From an uncultured Gammaproteobacteria bacterium (lineage in GTDB: Bacteria > Pseudomonadota > Gammaproteobacteria > GCA-001735895), in contig CAMYON010000029.1 of NCBI GenBank assembly GCA_947260025.1, forward strand, positions 10,243 to 74,242: 64,000 bases of DNA, given 5' to 3'. How positions within the stretch are numbered: the first letter of the stretch is position 1; every line of letters starts with the position of its first letter. Both the position numbers and the translations under genes were made by a program. Under the pieces are notes generated by a model. The model was not told where the DNA came from. It did no database searches and worked only from the letters and a program-made list of their open reading frames with translations. Shown here piece by piece: positions 48,340-59,279 of the stretch.

Positions 48340-49470
48340 TCAGGCTTGTTCGTCGGTTGGCATATAGGGATCGGGGCGCTCGGGCATCTCGGATCCATGC
48401 TCACGCGCGAGGCGTAACTGGAAAACAAAAGCCAGCACCTGGGCCACGGCAAAATAGAGATGCGACGGAATTTCCTGGTCGATCTTGCAGTTGGCGTAGA
48501 GCGCGCGCGCCAGCGGCGGCGCTTCGAAAATCTCGATGTCGTGGAAGGCGGCAATTTCCCGGATCTTGAGCGCGATCAAATCCCTGCCCATCGCCAGCAC
48601 CAGCGGCGCCGCCATATTGTCGTTATCGTATTTCAGCGCCACCGCGTAATGCGTCGGGTTGGTGATGATGACGTCGGCATCGGGCACCGCTTCCATCATG
48701 CGGCGTTGCGCCATTTCCTGCTGCACCTGGCGAACGCGGGACTTGACCTCGGGTTTACCTTCGGTGTCTTTCATTTCGTCGCGCACTTCCTGCAGCGTCA
48801 TTTTCAGCTTTTGCGAGTGATCCCACAGCTGGAACGGCACATCGATAGCGGCGATCAATATCAACGTCGAAGACACCACCAGGAAGCTCAACCCGATCAA
48901 CCAGGCACCGTTCTGCAGCGCCAGCGACAGCGACTGAGCACCCAGCCCGAGAAAATCATCGGACTTGCTCCACAGGAACGTTATCGCTACCACCGAAACC
49001 ACGAGGAACTTGGCCATCGCCTTGATCAATTCCATCAAACCCTTTGACGAAAACATGCGTTTGAAACCGTTGATCGGATTGATGCGATCGGTTTTGAACG
49101 CCATGGCCTCGACGCTGAAGGCCCAGCCGCCGATCGCCAGCGGCGTGAATATCGCAACCACCGTCATCAGCAATATGAACGGCCCGATCCCGGCCAGGGC
49201 ATCGGAAACCGCAAGGGAAAAGCGCTCCAGCAGGGTTTGCTGGGAAAAAACTTCCGCGCGCGTCAGGGTAAACCCGCGCGCCATGAAACCCGAGATACTG
49301 GCAATCATGTGCGAACCCATGAACAGCAGCCCGAGCGCACCGAACACCATTACCGTCATGCTGTTGAGTTCCTTGGAGCGCGGTACCTGACCCTTTTTCT
49401 TCGCGTCGCGAAGTTTTTTCGGGGTTGGTTGTTCGGTCTTTTCCTGACCGGAGTCGCTTTCGCTCGCCAT
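48340..49470 (-). CDS. flhB: Flagellar biosynthesis protein FlhB
   Basis: QEKTEQPT and the NPTH autocleavage motif. Confidence 0.96.
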   Translation of the reverse strand: MASESDSGQEKTEQPTPKKLRDAKKKGQVPRSKELNSMTVMVFGALGLLFMGSHMIASISGFMARGFTLTRAEVFSQQTLLERFSLAVSDALAGIGPFILLMTVVAIFTPLAIGGWAFSVEAMAFKTDRINPINGFKRMFSSKGLMELIKAMAKFLVVSVVAITFLWSKSDDFLGLGAQSLSLALQNGAWLIGLSFLVVSSTLILIAAIDVPFQLWDHSQKLKMTLQEVRDEMKDTEGKPEVKSRVRQVQQEMAQRRMMEAVPDADVIITNPTHYAVALKYDNDNMAAPLVLAMGRDLIALKIREIAAFHDIEIFEAPPLARALYANCKIDQEIPSHLYFAVAQVLAFVFQLRLAREHGSEMPERPDPYMPTDEQA

Positions 49471-49480
49471 CGCCGTGTCC

Positions 49481-50260
49481 TCAGGGAGTTACTATCGATT
49501 GCGACAGCTGCATCGCCTGCAGCATCATCTGGTTGATGCGCGGCAGGAATCCCGGCAGCACCAGTAACAATATGATGAAGCCCATGAACATGGTCACCGG
49601 GAAACCGACCGAAAAAATATTGAGCTGCGGCGCGGCCCGCGTCATGACGCCCATCGAAAGCGTAATCACCAGCATCGAAATCAGTGCTGGAATCGCCACC
49701 CACAGGGCGCCGATAAACATTTGGCTGCCCCAGGCAAACAGCGCCCAGAAACTGTCGCGCCCGACACCGGTGGGCGATATCGGCAGGGACTCGAAGCTGC
49801 TGACGACCAGCTGGATCAAGGTCAGGTGTCCGCCCAACGCCAGAAACAGTAGCGTGCCGATGATTATCAGAAACTGCGATATCACCGGCACGTTAACGCC
49901 GTTGGTCGGATCGACCATGGAAGCGAAACCGAGCCCCATACTCATTGCAATCGCTTCACCGGCGATCATCAACGCACCAAACACCAGCTGCAGCGTGAAG
50001 CCCATCGACAGGCCGATCAGGATCTGTTGTACAGAAACCAGTAGCCCCTCGAGCGACAGCGCTTCGACCTGCGGCATGTCGGGTAGCAGCGGTATCACCA
50101 GCACCGACAGCACGAAGGTGATAATGATTTTGACGCGAGTCGGCACCAGGCGGGTGCCAATTACCGGCATGGCTATCAGCATGGAACCGATGCGCATCAT
50201 CGGCCAGATCAGTGAGCCGACGAAAGCGGTAGCCTGGGCGAAGTCGAAATCCATTCGCAC
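49481..50260 (-). CDS. fliR: Flagellar export protein FliR
   Basis: MGLGFASMVDP, RAAPQLNIF. Confidence 0.95.
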   Translation of the reverse strand: MRMDFDFAQATAFVGSLIWPMMRIGSMLIAMPVIGTRLVPTRVKIIITFVLSVLVIPLLPDMPQVEALSLEGLLVSVQQILIGLSMGFTLQLVFGALMIAGEAIAMSMGLGFASMVDPTNGVNVPVISQFLIIIGTLLFLALGGHLTLIQLVVSSFESLPISPTGVGRDSFWALFAWGSQMFIGALWVAIPALISMLVITLSMGVMTRAAPQLNIFSVGFPVTMFMGFIILLLVLPGFLPRINQMMLQAMQLSQSIVTP

Positions 50261-50261
50261 A

Positions 50262-50531
50262 TCAACCGATCAGTCCGGGAATACTGAGGTAAAGACGCCG
50301 GGTGTAACTCAGTAACAGCTCCAGCATCCACGGCCCCGCAATCAGAACCGACAGTAACAGAACCATCAGCTTGGGGATAAAACTCAGCGTCTGCTCGTTG
50401 ATCGAAGTCGCGGCCTGGAACATACCGATCAACAGTCCGATACCCAGTGCGGACAGCAACATCGGCGCAGAAATCATTGCGATCAGATAGAGCGCCTGTT
50501 GCGACAGGTCGATTACCTTGTCGGGAGTCAT
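50262..50531 (-). CDS. fliQ: Flagellar export protein FliQ
   Basis: FQAATSINEQTLSFIPK. Confidence 0.96.
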   Translation of the reverse strand: MTPDKVIDLSQQALYLIAMISAPMLLSALGIGLLIGMFQAATSINEQTLSFIPKLMVLLLSVLIAGPWMLELLLSYTRRLYLSIPGLIG

Positions 50532-50532
50532 C

Positions 50533-51276
50533 TCAGGCGCCCAACAGGAAGCTGGATGCCAGCGTTCCCATGATCAGGGCCCAGCCATCGACCATGACAA
50601 ACAGCATCAGTTTGAACGGCAGCGACACGATCATCGGCGACAGCATCATCATACCCATCGACATCAATACGCTGGCAACTACCAGGTCGATGATGACAAA
50701 AGGAATGAAAATCAGAAATCCGATCTGGAACGCGGTTTTAAGCTCGCTGGTGACAAAGGCCGGCATCAGCAGGGTGAGCGGCGTTTTTTCCGGGGACTCG
50801 ATGTCGGTGACGCCAGCGATATCGGCGAACATGCGAATATCGGTTTCGCGCGTCTGCGCCAGCATGAAGGTCTTGAAAGGTTCGGTCGCCGCGCGCAGCG
50901 CATCCAGCGACGACAGGCTGCCGTCCATGTAAGGCTGAACCGCAAGCTGGTACACCTGGTCGAAAACCGGTGACATGATAAACAGTGTCAGAAACAGGGC
51001 CAGCCCGAGAATAATCTGGTTAGACGGGGTTTGCGCGGTACCCAGCGCCTGGCGCAGTATCGACAGCACGATGATGATTCGAGTGAAGGATGTCATCATC
51101 AGCAGAATCGCCGGCAACAGTGTCAGCAGGGTCATCAACGCCAGGATTTCGAGGGTGACGGTATAGGTTTGCCCGTCGCCACTGCCACCGTTGACCGAGA
51201 TCGCGGGGATACCGATCGATTGTGCCTGCACCTCAGGCATCAGCAATAGCAGGATCAGGCCGGCCAGGTATTTCAT
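50533..51276 (-). CDS. fliP: Flagellar export protein FliP
   Basis: [29 protein letters not shown]. Confidence 0.97.
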   Translation of the reverse strand: MKYLAGLILLLLMPEVQAQSIGIPAISVNGGSGDGQTYTVTLEILALMTLLTLLPAILLMMTSFTRIIIVLSILRQALGTAQTPSNQIILGLALFLTLFIMSPVFDQVYQLAVQPYMDGSLSSLDALRAATEPFKTFMLAQTRETDIRMFADIAGVTDIESPEKTPLTLLMPAFVTSELKTAFQIGFLIFIPFVIIDLVVASVLMSMGMMMLSPMIVSLPFKLMLFVMVDGWALIMGTLASSFLLGA

Positions 51277-51695
51277 GACTTGTCCCGTTCACCCATCAGG
51301 CGATTAAGCTTGCTGGCGAAGGAAGCGCCAACCGCCGGCTGCTCCCCGGCCACTTCCAGCGGCTGCGACAGGGTATGCAGTTTCTCGATTTTGCCCGGCG
51401 TCAAGCCGACCAGGATCTGTTCTTCGCCGACCTGCAGCAGCACGATGCGATCGCGGGTGCCAATCGGAAGCCCGGCGATAATTTTAATCAGGCCGCTGTG
51501 CGAGCCCTGATTCAGGTTGAATTTCCTGACCAGCCAGGCCAGCAGGAAAATCAGTACCACGATCAGAACCAGGCCGGCGCTGAGCTTCAGCAGGTAAGGC
51601 GACGACATCGGTTCCAGCGCACTGCCCGCCTGGTTCTCGGACTGCGCCAGCAGCGTGGCGGGTAGCCACCCAATTGCCAGTATCAACCAGCGCAT
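51273..51695 (-). CDS. fliO: Flagellar protein FliO
   Basis: TM segment plus [12 protein letters not shown]; between fliN and fliP. Confidence 0.9.
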   Translation of the reverse strand: MRWLILAIGWLPATLLAQSENQAGSALEPMSSPYLLKLSAGLVLIVVLIFLLAWLVRKFNLNQGSHSGLIKIIAGLPIGTRDRIVLLQVGEEQILVGLTPGKIEKLHTLSQPLEVAGEQPAVGASFASKLNRLMGERDKS

Positions 51696-52120
51696 CAGCG
51701 TAGATTCTTGATCCGGTCGGCCGGACTGATCACGTCGGTCAGGCGAATACCGAACTTGTCGTTGACCACGACCACCTCGCCATGCGCCACCAGGGTGCCG
51801 TTTACCAGCACGTCCATCGGTTCGCCGGCAAGCCGGTCGAGCTCGACGATCGAGCCCTGGTTGAGCTGCAGCAGGTTACGAATGCTGAGCTGGGTGCGGC
51901 CGATCTCCATCGCGATGGTGACCGGTATGTCGAGAATGACGTCCAGCTTGACGTCGCCCGAATTGGGGGTCGAGGAATCGTTCAGCTGCTTGGCGGTTAC
52001 CTGCTGGAAACCGTCGTCACCGGCCTCGCCGCCATCGGTGCCTCCCTGACCTTCCGTTGCCGCTGACAAGTCGGCGGCCATTGCATCCTGATCCACAGCT
52101 TGTTCTGTTTCAGTACTCAT
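51695..52120 (-). CDS. fliN: Flagellar motor switch FliN
   Basis: LDVILDIPV...GEVVVVNDKFGIRL; ATG at 52120 after GGAG. Confidence 0.96.
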   Translation of the reverse strand: MSTETEQAVDQDAMAADLSAATEGQGGTDGGEAGDDGFQQVTAKQLNDSSTPNSGDVKLDVILDIPVTIAMEIGRTQLSIRNLLQLNQGSIVELDRLAGEPMDVLVNGTLVAHGEVVVVNDKFGIRLTDVISPADRIKNLR

Positions 52121-52136
52121 ATCAGTCTCCTGCAGA

Positions 52137-53156
52137 CTATTCGGGTTGCGCAATTGCGCTCTTGATTTCTTCGTTGTCGGTATCGTGTATTTCCAGGATA
52201 TCTTCGACCTTGACCGCGGTGTTGCCCTGGTGCTCGCCATACTGACCGCGGATAATCGGCATTTCCTCGGCCAGTAACACGACCTGCTCCGGCATATCGA
52301 TAGGGATAATGTCACCAGCCCTGAAATTGATAAGCTCGGATACCGGTAACTGCTTTTCGATGAACAGCGCCTGCATATCTATCCTGGCGTGCATCAATTG
52401 TTCCTTGAGTAGAATCGCCCAGCGTTCGTCGACGTCGCCGCGGTCGCTCTGAACGCCGGCATCGAGCACCGTGCGAATCGGTTCGATCATCGAATACGGA
52501 TAAATCACGTGCAGATCGCCGCCTCCGCCGTCGAGTTCGATATGAAAATTCGAAACCACGATGACTTCGCTAGGGCTGACAACATTCGCCATATGCGGAT
52601 TAACTTCGTGATCGTGGTAGCTGTAATCTACCGTCATTACCGGCGCCCAGGCTTTTACCAGGTCGATGAAGCACATATGCACCACCTTCTCGATGACCCT
52701 GAGCTCGGTACTGGTAAATTCGCGGCCCTCGATGTTGGCGTTTATCTTGCCGTCGCCACCGAAGAAGTTGTCTACCAGTATGAATACCAGTTTGGGATCG
52801 AGCATGATCAGCCCGGTGCCGCGCAATGGCGCCATCTTTATCATGCTCATGCTGGTAGGTGCGGGAAGCGTGTCGATGTATTCGGAGAACTTGATCATCT
52901 CGATGCCGTTACCCGAGATTTCCGGAGACTTGCGTAACATGTTGAAAAAGCTGACACGAAAATAACGCGCAAACCGGTCGTTAATCATTTCCAGGGTCGG
53001 CAGTCGCCCGCGAATAATTCGTTCCTGGTTATTGAAGTCGTACGCCCTGGCTTCGCCATCGAACTCGTTGTCATCCGCAGAGGTATCGATCGCGCCCTCA
53101 TCGACGCCTCCGAGCAAGGCATCAACTTCGTCCTGACTGAGAATATCAGTGCTCAA
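52137..53156 (-). CDS. fliM: Flagellar motor switch FliM
   Basis: CheY-binding motif ILSQDEVDALL; FFGGDG. Confidence 0.96.
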   Translation of the reverse strand: MSTDILSQDEVDALLGGVDEGAIDTSADDNEFDGEARAYDFNNQERIIRGRLPTLEMINDRFARYFRVSFFNMLRKSPEISGNGIEMIKFSEYIDTLPAPTSMSMIKMAPLRGTGLIMLDPKLVFILVDNFFGGDGKINANIEGREFTSTELRVIEKVVHMCFIDLVKAWAPVMTVDYSYHDHEVNPHMANVVSPSEVIVVSNFHIELDGGGGDLHVIYPYSMIEPIRTVLDAGVQSDRGDVDERWAILLKEQLMHARIDMQALFIEKQLPVSELINFRAGDIIPIDMPEQVVLLAEEMPIIRGQYGEHQGNTAVKVEDILEIHDTDNEEIKSAIAQPE

Positions 53157-53166
53157 GCTGACCCCC

Positions 53167-53676
53167 TTATTGCATCACGAAACTGGTGAAAAAAACGTTG
53201 TCGACTTCGCCACCCGAACCATGTTCATTGATGACTGTCTGCACCGTTTCAAGCGCCGATTGCTGCAGGCGTTCCTTGCCGTCGGGCGCGCGCAGCTCGG
53301 CTGACTTCTGTTGACCGAACAGCACCAACAGGTTGTTGCGAATCAGCGGCTTGTGTTTCTCCAGTTCCTCGGCGACGTCGTCGTTGAAGGTCAGCACCTG
53401 CATCGATATTTGCAGGAAGCCGACCGGATCTTCCGGTGCCAGGTTGACGGTAAAGGCCGGTTTCAGCTCGACGTAGCTGGGATCACCGCGAGAAATTTCG
53501 ACTTCCTCCTCGACTTCGGCCTCGGCGCTGTCGCCACCGCCGCCGACAATCAGCAGCGTGCCTCCAATCGAACCGACAACCAGTACCAGCGCACCAACGA
53601 TAATCAAGATCAGCTTCAACTTGCCGCTTTTCGCCGGTTCTGCTTCCGCGTCCGCCTGCTTCTCTTCTTCCGCCAT
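53167..53676 (-). CDS. fliL: Flagellar basal-body protein FliL
   Basis: TM segment, FTVNL, VFFTSFVMQ. Confidence 0.94.
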   Translation of the reverse strand: MAEEEKQADAEAEPAKSGKLKLILIIVGALVLVVGSIGGTLLIVGGGGDSAEAEVEEEVEISRGDPSYVELKPAFTVNLAPEDPVGFLQISMQVLTFNDDVAEELEKHKPLIRNNLLVLFGQQKSAELRAPDGKERLQQSALETVQTVINEHGSGGEVDNVFFTSFVMQ

Positions 53677-53711
53677 GATGGATCCTCGATATTTAGCGAT
53701 ACCAAAGGCAG

Positions 53712-53825
53712 AGCAATTCCTGTGCCAATAAATTAATCCTTTTAATATCAGTGACTTAGATATTGTATTTTGTCGATAGGCATTTTTTTGACGGATGTTT
53801 CCCGGGATAGAGACAATAACTTGTC
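53712..53825 (-). promoter_or_regulatory. Sigma54 promoter of the fliL operon with IHF-like and FleQ-like sites
   Basis: TGGCAC-AGGAA-TTGCT (53712-53727); TATCAG-TGAC-TTA (53746-53758); 14-bp boxes at 53779-53792 and 53812-53825. Confidence 0.8.
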
Positions 53826-53837
53826 GGAGTTTCCAGG

Positions 53838-53869
53838 AAAAAAAGTTTGCGGCCCGCAGGCCGCAAAAA
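53838..53869 (-). terminator. Rho-independent terminator after fliK
   Basis: TTTGCGGCC-TGCG-GGCCGCAAA hairpin followed by C and T7 on the - strand. Confidence 0.75.
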
Positions 53870-53878
53870 GGGGGGTAA

Positions 53879-55567
53879 TTAGGCGAAGGTGTCTAACAGG
53901 CCTTCGCCGGTGAAAAACCGGGTATCTGACTCATGCTGCATCGCGGACTCTGACTCCCGCTCGAGTTCGTCATGCAGGGCAGACTGCTCATCGCCCGCGG
54001 TTTGCGAACGCGATTGCTGCTGATCCTGACGCTGCGAAACGTCGACGTTCACGTTTTGGAAACCGTTCTCCTGCAGCGAGTCACGCAGGCGAAGCGACGC
54101 TGTTTCGATCAGGTCGCGGGTTTGTGCATGCTGGGTCTGGATCGTGATCGTGGTGGCGTCATCGGCGATTCTGACTTGCACATCGAGCTTGCCAAGCATC
54201 GGTGGATCGAGCCGAATCGTCGCGCTATTCTGCTTTTGATTGATCATCCAGTTGACGCGCTCACTCAGCCCATTGCCCCATTCTGCGGCGTCGGCACCAC
54301 GCGCCAGGTTCATGGTTTCGAGCCCTGACGGCAACGGCGTTTGCGTTATCGCCGGAGCGCTGGCGGGATTGCCCTGGGTCACGCTATAACCGTTTGACGG
54401 CGTCGATATCACGGGCTGCGACGACTGGTTTCCTGCCTGTTGCAGCGGCAGCTCGGGTGCACGGCTGGCGCCAGGTTCTGCTACAGCAACCTCGACCGGG
54501 GTCCGGGCCGTCGGTGCCAGGTTTCTGAGCGCATCACGCGGATCAGCGGGGCCGGTCGGATCGGCCGCAGTCGGAACTTCCCGCGTCGGCGCAAACCCCT
54601 TGATCACCGGCGCTTCCCGCAGTGACTGGGCAACCGATTGCATCGATTCGCGGGCTGTCGGCGCCTCCCTGGAGATCGCTTCCTGTGACAATTTCGCGCT
54701 GATCTCGGCATCGCCTAAAGACTCTTTCCCCGGCACGAGTAGCGGTGGCACGGGCTCAGCGACGTTATCTGGGCGCAGCGGCGAAGCCTGGTGAGCAACT
54801 CCTGCCGGTATACTGCCATTGCTGCTACCGCCTTGTTGAATCCGTCCCACATCGGGAGTCTCGATTTTACGAGTCGAGGCGCGAATTTCGGGGATCGATT
54901 CTGCTCCGGCCGGTAGCGGCCGGGTTGCCGCCAGTTGCGCCTCGGCCGCAGCGGGATTACTCGGGATCGCAGCGGCAACGATGCCGCTGTCGGAGGCTTC
55001 GGCGGACTTCGCCACCAGCTCAGGTTGCACCGGAATATTAGTGGATTCGGGCGCGACCGGTTCACGGCCAGCGCCCGGTTGCGCCGGCGCCTTCAACGAC
55101 CCTGGAAGGTCGGCATCGACTTCTAATAGGTCCAGGTCAGCGGCCGCTTCCGGCAATATATTTCCGCTGGCAGGCAAGGTTTGACCCGGCAATTCCAGCA
55201 TATCGCCATCGCTCTCGATAAGCGGCAACGAATCCCGCGCATGAGTCATACCGAGCACCGCCGGGGTCGCCATGATCGGGTCGGCATCAACGGTTACCTG
55301 CATCTGCTGCTGCGACAGGTAGTCGCGCCAGCTCGACTCAGCTGCGCTGGCCGCCGTTATCCCGGGGCCCGGCGTTGCAACCAATGAGTTTGAAAAAAAT
55401 TGTTCTAAATCAATAGCTTGATCTACCTCGGTAGATTCCGAAGCGAGCTGTTGCCGCAGCATCCGGGGGAAGCTATCGCCGACTCCCTGCTCGACCACGG
55501 GAATGTCCGCCATGTCGACGGTTAACGAGCGAATATCGGTTAGCATTATGTTCATGTTGTCATCCAT
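53879..55567 (-). CDS. fliK: Flagellar hook-length control protein FliK
   Basis: Low-complexity N-terminus; IRLDPPMLGKL, LLDTFA. Confidence 0.92.
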   Translation of the reverse strand: MDDNMNIMLTDIRSLTVDMADIPVVEQGVGDSFPRMLRQQLASESTEVDQAIDLEQFFSNSLVATPGPGITAASAAESSWRDYLSQQQMQVTVDADPIMATPAVLGMTHARDSLPLIESDGDMLELPGQTLPASGNILPEAAADLDLLEVDADLPGSLKAPAQPGAGREPVAPESTNIPVQPELVAKSAEASDSGIVAAAIPSNPAAAEAQLAATRPLPAGAESIPEIRASTRKIETPDVGRIQQGGSSNGSIPAGVAHQASPLRPDNVAEPVPPLLVPGKESLGDAEISAKLSQEAISREAPTARESMQSVAQSLREAPVIKGFAPTREVPTAADPTGPADPRDALRNLAPTARTPVEVAVAEPGASRAPELPLQQAGNQSSQPVISTPSNGYSVTQGNPASAPAITQTPLPSGLETMNLARGADAAEWGNGLSERVNWMINQKQNSATIRLDPPMLGKLDVQVRIADDATTITIQTQHAQTRDLIETASLRLRDSLQENGFQNVNVDVSQRQDQQQSRSQTAGDEQSALHDELERESESAMQHESDTRFFTGEGLLDTFA

Positions 55568-55613
55568 TCAGTACCAGTGCGGCAATCTCTCCGCAGCTAA
55601 TGCCTGAATTGAA

Positions 55614-55629
55614 TGCATCATACGTGCCA
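55614..55629 (-). promoter_or_regulatory. Sigma54 promoter of fliK
   Basis: TGGCAC-GTATG-ATGCA. Confidence 0.65.
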
Positions 55630-55646
55630 GGTTCTGCCGGCGGAGA

Positions 55647-56081
55647 TCAGCGACGATGACTTTTACGCTGGGCGAACTCGTCCAGCGCCTTTTGCTCCTT
55701 GCGCTCCTGTTCGACAAACTCCTGCTGTTCCAGCCGCTCCACGACCTTGTGCATCTTTTTCGAATCGATACGCGTTGCGGTCCACTGATCGCGTTTTTGC
55801 TCGAGTTCCCGCTGGCGCAGTGCGACCAGTTCCGTCTGCTGCTGGATGGTCTGATCGAGCTGTTGCATGAAGCGGTTAAATTCCTGCAGTTCGATCGGGG
55901 TGAAGACGCCGATATCGTATTTTTTCTTTTGCAGGTATTCGAGCTTGTAATCCTGCAACTGGGTCAGCCGCTGCTGCTCGCCGTCGAATACCGCCTGGCT
56001 CTGCGCTACTTCCTGCAAGGCGCGCCGTTCCTTTTTATCGGTATGCTGGACGACAGGTGCTAATCGCTGGGTACGGGTCAT
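55647..56081 (-). CDS. fliJ: Flagellar export chaperone FliJ
   Basis: Coiled coil, EQKALDE; follows fliI. Confidence 0.92.
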   Translation of the reverse strand: MTRTQRLAPVVQHTDKKERRALQEVAQSQAVFDGEQQRLTQLQDYKLEYLQKKKYDIGVFTPIELQEFNRFMQQLDQTIQQQTELVALRQRELEQKRDQWTATRIDSKKMHKVVERLEQQEFVEQERKEQKALDEFAQRKSHRR

Positions 56082-56084
56082 CGC

Positions 56085-57512
56085 TTACGCCCCTGATACG
56101 AGGCTGGAATCCGGCTCGCCCGGCAATCCTGCAACCGCGGACCTGTCATCATCTGCGCCTTGCTCGAGAACCGCGTCGAGTTGCTCGCGGCTGGTGTTAA
56201 AATCCACCGACTGATTCATATCCTGGCCGATAAAATCGATCATTTGCGGCTGCATGCGCACCGCCAGGTCGATACCTGGATCCGATCCCGGCTGATAAGC
56301 GCCAACGCTTATCAGGTCGCGATTTTGCTGATACAGGCTGTAAATTCGGCGGAAATCCTGGGTCATCCTCATGTGCTCGAGGGTGGTAATCTGCGGTGTC
56401 AGTCGACTGATCGAGGCTTCGATGTCGATTGCCGGATAAACACCGGTTTCCGCCAGCTGCCGTGACAGCACGATATGGCCATCCAGAATCGCGCGCGCGG
56501 CGTCGGCAATGGGGTCGGCGTGATCGTCGCCTTCGACCAGCACGGTGTAAAACGCGGTGATCGATCCCGAGTTCTGCGCACCGTTACCGGCACGCTCGAC
56601 CAGTTGCGGCAGGCGCGCAAACACCGAGGGCGGGTAGCCCTTGGTCGCCGGCGGCTCACCGATAGCGAGCGCAATTTCGCGCTGCGCCTGCGCAAAGCGG
56701 GTTAGCGAATCCATCAGCAGCAACACGTTCTTGCCCTGGTCACGGAAATACTCGGCGATGCTGGTGGCCTGCATCGCGCCATGAATGCGCATCAGCGGCG
56801 ACGAATCCGCAGGCGCGGCGACTACAACCGCCTTGCGCAAACCCTGTTCACCCAGGATTTCCTGTACGAATTCCTTGACCTCGCGTCCGCGTTCGCCAAT
56901 CAAACCGACGACGACGATATCGGCCTCGGTGTAGCGCGTCATCATGCCCAACAGCACCGATTTGCCGACACCGCTACCGGCGAATAATCCCATCCGCTGA
57001 CCCCGCCCGATCGGGCATAAGGCGTTGATCGTCCGCACCCCCACATCGAGGACTTCACGAATCGGGGTACGCGCCAGGGGATTGATTTCCCTGCCCTGCA
57101 GCGCAATCTTGTTACGCGCGCGCAGCGGACCGCGGTCGTCCAGAGGCCGGCCACGCCCATCGATAACCCGGCCCAGCAGTTCGGGGCCGACCAGCACGTC
57201 CGATCCGTGGCGGGTCGGAATTACCCGCGCATTCGGCACCAGTCCGCGGACTTCTGAAGTTGGCATCAGGTAAAGACTTTCTCCGGAAAACCCGACGACT
57301 TCGGTTTCGACACGCTCTCCACCCGAATTGACGACGTCGCAGCGGGCGCCAATCGGCGCCTGGCAACCGGCCGCTTCCAGGGTCAGTCCCACCATGCGGG
57401 TCAGTACGCCCTCGACCACCGGCTTGCTTAAACGCCTGGACTCGCTACCGATTCGCGCCAGAGCGGTCATCCAGTCCTGGCCTGCCTTTTCGATCAACGG
57501 TTCATCCTGCAT
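56085..57512 (-). CDS. fliI: Flagellar export ATPase FliI
   Basis: GSGVGKS, LLMDSLTRFAQAQRE. Confidence 0.97.
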   Translation of the reverse strand: MQDEPLIEKAGQDWMTALARIGSESRRLSKPVVEGVLTRMVGLTLEAAGCQAPIGARCDVVNSGGERVETEVVGFSGESLYLMPTSEVRGLVPNARVIPTRHGSDVLVGPELLGRVIDGRGRPLDDRGPLRARNKIALQGREINPLARTPIREVLDVGVRTINALCPIGRGQRMGLFAGSGVGKSVLLGMMTRYTEADIVVVGLIGERGREVKEFVQEILGEQGLRKAVVVAAPADSSPLMRIHGAMQATSIAEYFRDQGKNVLLLMDSLTRFAQAQREIALAIGEPPATKGYPPSVFARLPQLVERAGNGAQNSGSITAFYTVLVEGDDHADPIADAARAILDGHIVLSRQLAETGVYPAIDIEASISRLTPQITTLEHMRMTQDFRRIYSLYQQNRDLISVGAYQPGSDPGIDLAVRMQPQMIDFIGQDMNQSVDFNTSREQLDAVLEQGADDDRSAVAGLPGEPDSSLVSGA

Positions 57513-57592
57513 GATTCAACATCCTCCCCGTCGATTTCGTGAGTAATCTCCAGTGCGCCAGGACCCGCATCCTGCCAGGATTTGCAAATTGA

Positions 57593-58210
57593 TCATTCAT
57601 CCTGCTCCCGGTCGCCACCGAGCACCGCGGCCGCGAGTTCGGACAGCCGGTTTTCCAGGGTAGCGTTAATGCTCGAAGGCGGCGCGCTGATTTCACAGCC
57701 ACCGCGGGTAATCATCGGGTCTTCCACCAGTTTCCAGGTATGCTCTTCATCATTGGATTCCAGCGACAGCGCGTTGCGCACCAGGCGCGCGTCCTCGGGA
57801 TGCAGCAGGATCGAGATGTTGCGCGTATTGCCTGGCAGCAGCTTGACCGAATCGCGAATCAGGCCGATTATTTCCCCGGGATCGATTTTCATTTCGCGCC
57901 GCACCAGCTGCTGCGCCAGCGTCACCGCCAGCTGGCTGAGCTGATGCTCGATATCCTCGTTCAGCGCCTGCAGCGGATGCTCGAAAAATTCGATCAACTG
58001 CAGCAGGCGCCGCTGCAGATCCTCGGCCTCCTGCCGGGCTCGAACCAGGCCCTGCTGGTATCCTTCTTCCTCGGCCTGTTTGCGCCATTGCTCTACATCC
58101 TGCGCGGTCGGCATCGAGGCCTCTTCCTGCTCGCGGTGCCGCAGCACGCGGCTCGGATCGGCTTCCATCACCGGCGCTCGCCATTTCTCGACTAGTTCAT
58201 CAGCCATCAT
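57593..58210 (-). CDS. fliH: Flagellar assembly protein FliH
   Basis: EEGYQQG, LHPED, ITRGGC. Confidence 0.93.
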   Translation of the reverse strand: MMADELVEKWRAPVMEADPSRVLRHREQEEASMPTAQDVEQWRKQAEEEGYQQGLVRARQEAEDLQRRLLQLIEFFEHPLQALNEDIEHQLSQLAVTLAQQLVRREMKIDPGEIIGLIRDSVKLLPGNTRNISILLHPEDARLVRNALSLESNDEEHTWKLVEDPMITRGGCEISAPPSSINATLENRLSELAAAVLGGDREQDE

Positions 58211-58262
58211 CCGGATTCACTCTGCATAGTTTTTGCCCAGGCGATTTTCCGCGGCGACGCGA

Positions 58263-59279
58263 TTAAACCATTTCCTCGCCGCCACCCGAGAGCACGATCT
58301 CGCCGGATTCTTCCAGCTTGCGTGCGACCGCCAGGATTTCCTTCTGCGCGGCCTCGACCTCGCTGAGTTTGACCGGACCCTTGGCTTCCATATCCTCGAC
58401 CAGCATCTCGGCAGCTCGCGAAGACATGTTCTTGAGGAATTTCTTTTGCATTTCGTCGTCGACACCCTTAAGCGCGAGCGCCAGCAAATCGGTCGAAACT
58501 TCCCGCATCATGGTCTGGACACCTCGATCATCGACCTCGCGCAGATTCTCGAACACGAACATCTGATCTTCGATGCGCATCGACAGTTCCTCGTTCTCGG
58601 TGCGGACCTGCTCCATCAGCTTGTTTTCGATCGAAGTGTCGAGCGCGTTCAGAATATTGGCCGCGGTCTTTTCTCCGCCGACCATCGATGATTTGACGTT
58701 TTTGCTATCGCTGAAATACTTCTCCATGATCAGGTCGAGCTCCTCTATCGCCGCCGGCTGAACGCCTTCGAGCGTAGCGATGCGCATCAGGATTCCGGCA
58801 CGCGTATCTTCCGGCAGGTGGCTTAACACCTGCGCCGCGCTGTCGGCATCGAGATAAGACAGGACGATGGCGATAATCTGGGGATGCTCGAGGCGGATAA
58901 TTTCGGCAATCGATTTGGGGTCCATCCATTTAAGCGAATCCAGCCCGTTGCTGGCGCTGCCCGTCAGGATACGATCGATGACGCCGCCGGCCTTGTCGCC
59001 GAGCGCCTTTTGCAGCATCTTGCGGATATAGGCATCGTTGCCGATACCGAGCGCGGTCTGCGACTCGAGCACGTCGAAAAAATCGTCGATCACGTTCTCA
59101 ACCGCGGGACGGGAAACATCATTCATCGTCGCCATGGTCGATCCCACCCGCTGCACTTCCTTGGGATTCATGTGCTGCAGAATCTCGGCGGCAACCTCTT
59201 CACCCAGGGTGAGCAACAGGACCCCGGCTTTTTCAGGTCCCTTTACCACGGTGCTTTTTTCCGTTTGATCTTCCGCCAC
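58263..59279 (-). CDS. fliG: Flagellar motor switch FliG
   Basis: EHPQ, MFVFE; GTG start at 59279. Confidence 0.97.
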   Translation of the reverse strand: MAEDQTEKSTVVKGPEKAGVLLLTLGEEVAAEILQHMNPKEVQRVGSTMATMNDVSRPAVENVIDDFFDVLESQTALGIGNDAYIRKMLQKALGDKAGGVIDRILTGSASNGLDSLKWMDPKSIAEIIRLEHPQIIAIVLSYLDADSAAQVLSHLPEDTRAGILMRIATLEGVQPAAIEELDLIMEKYFSDSKNVKSSMVGGEKTAANILNALDTSIENKLMEQVRTENEELSMRIEDQMFVFENLREVDDRGVQTMMREVSTDLLALALKGVDDEMQKKFLKNMSSRAAEMLVEDMEAKGPVKLSEVEAAQKEILAVARKLEESGEIVLSGGGEEMV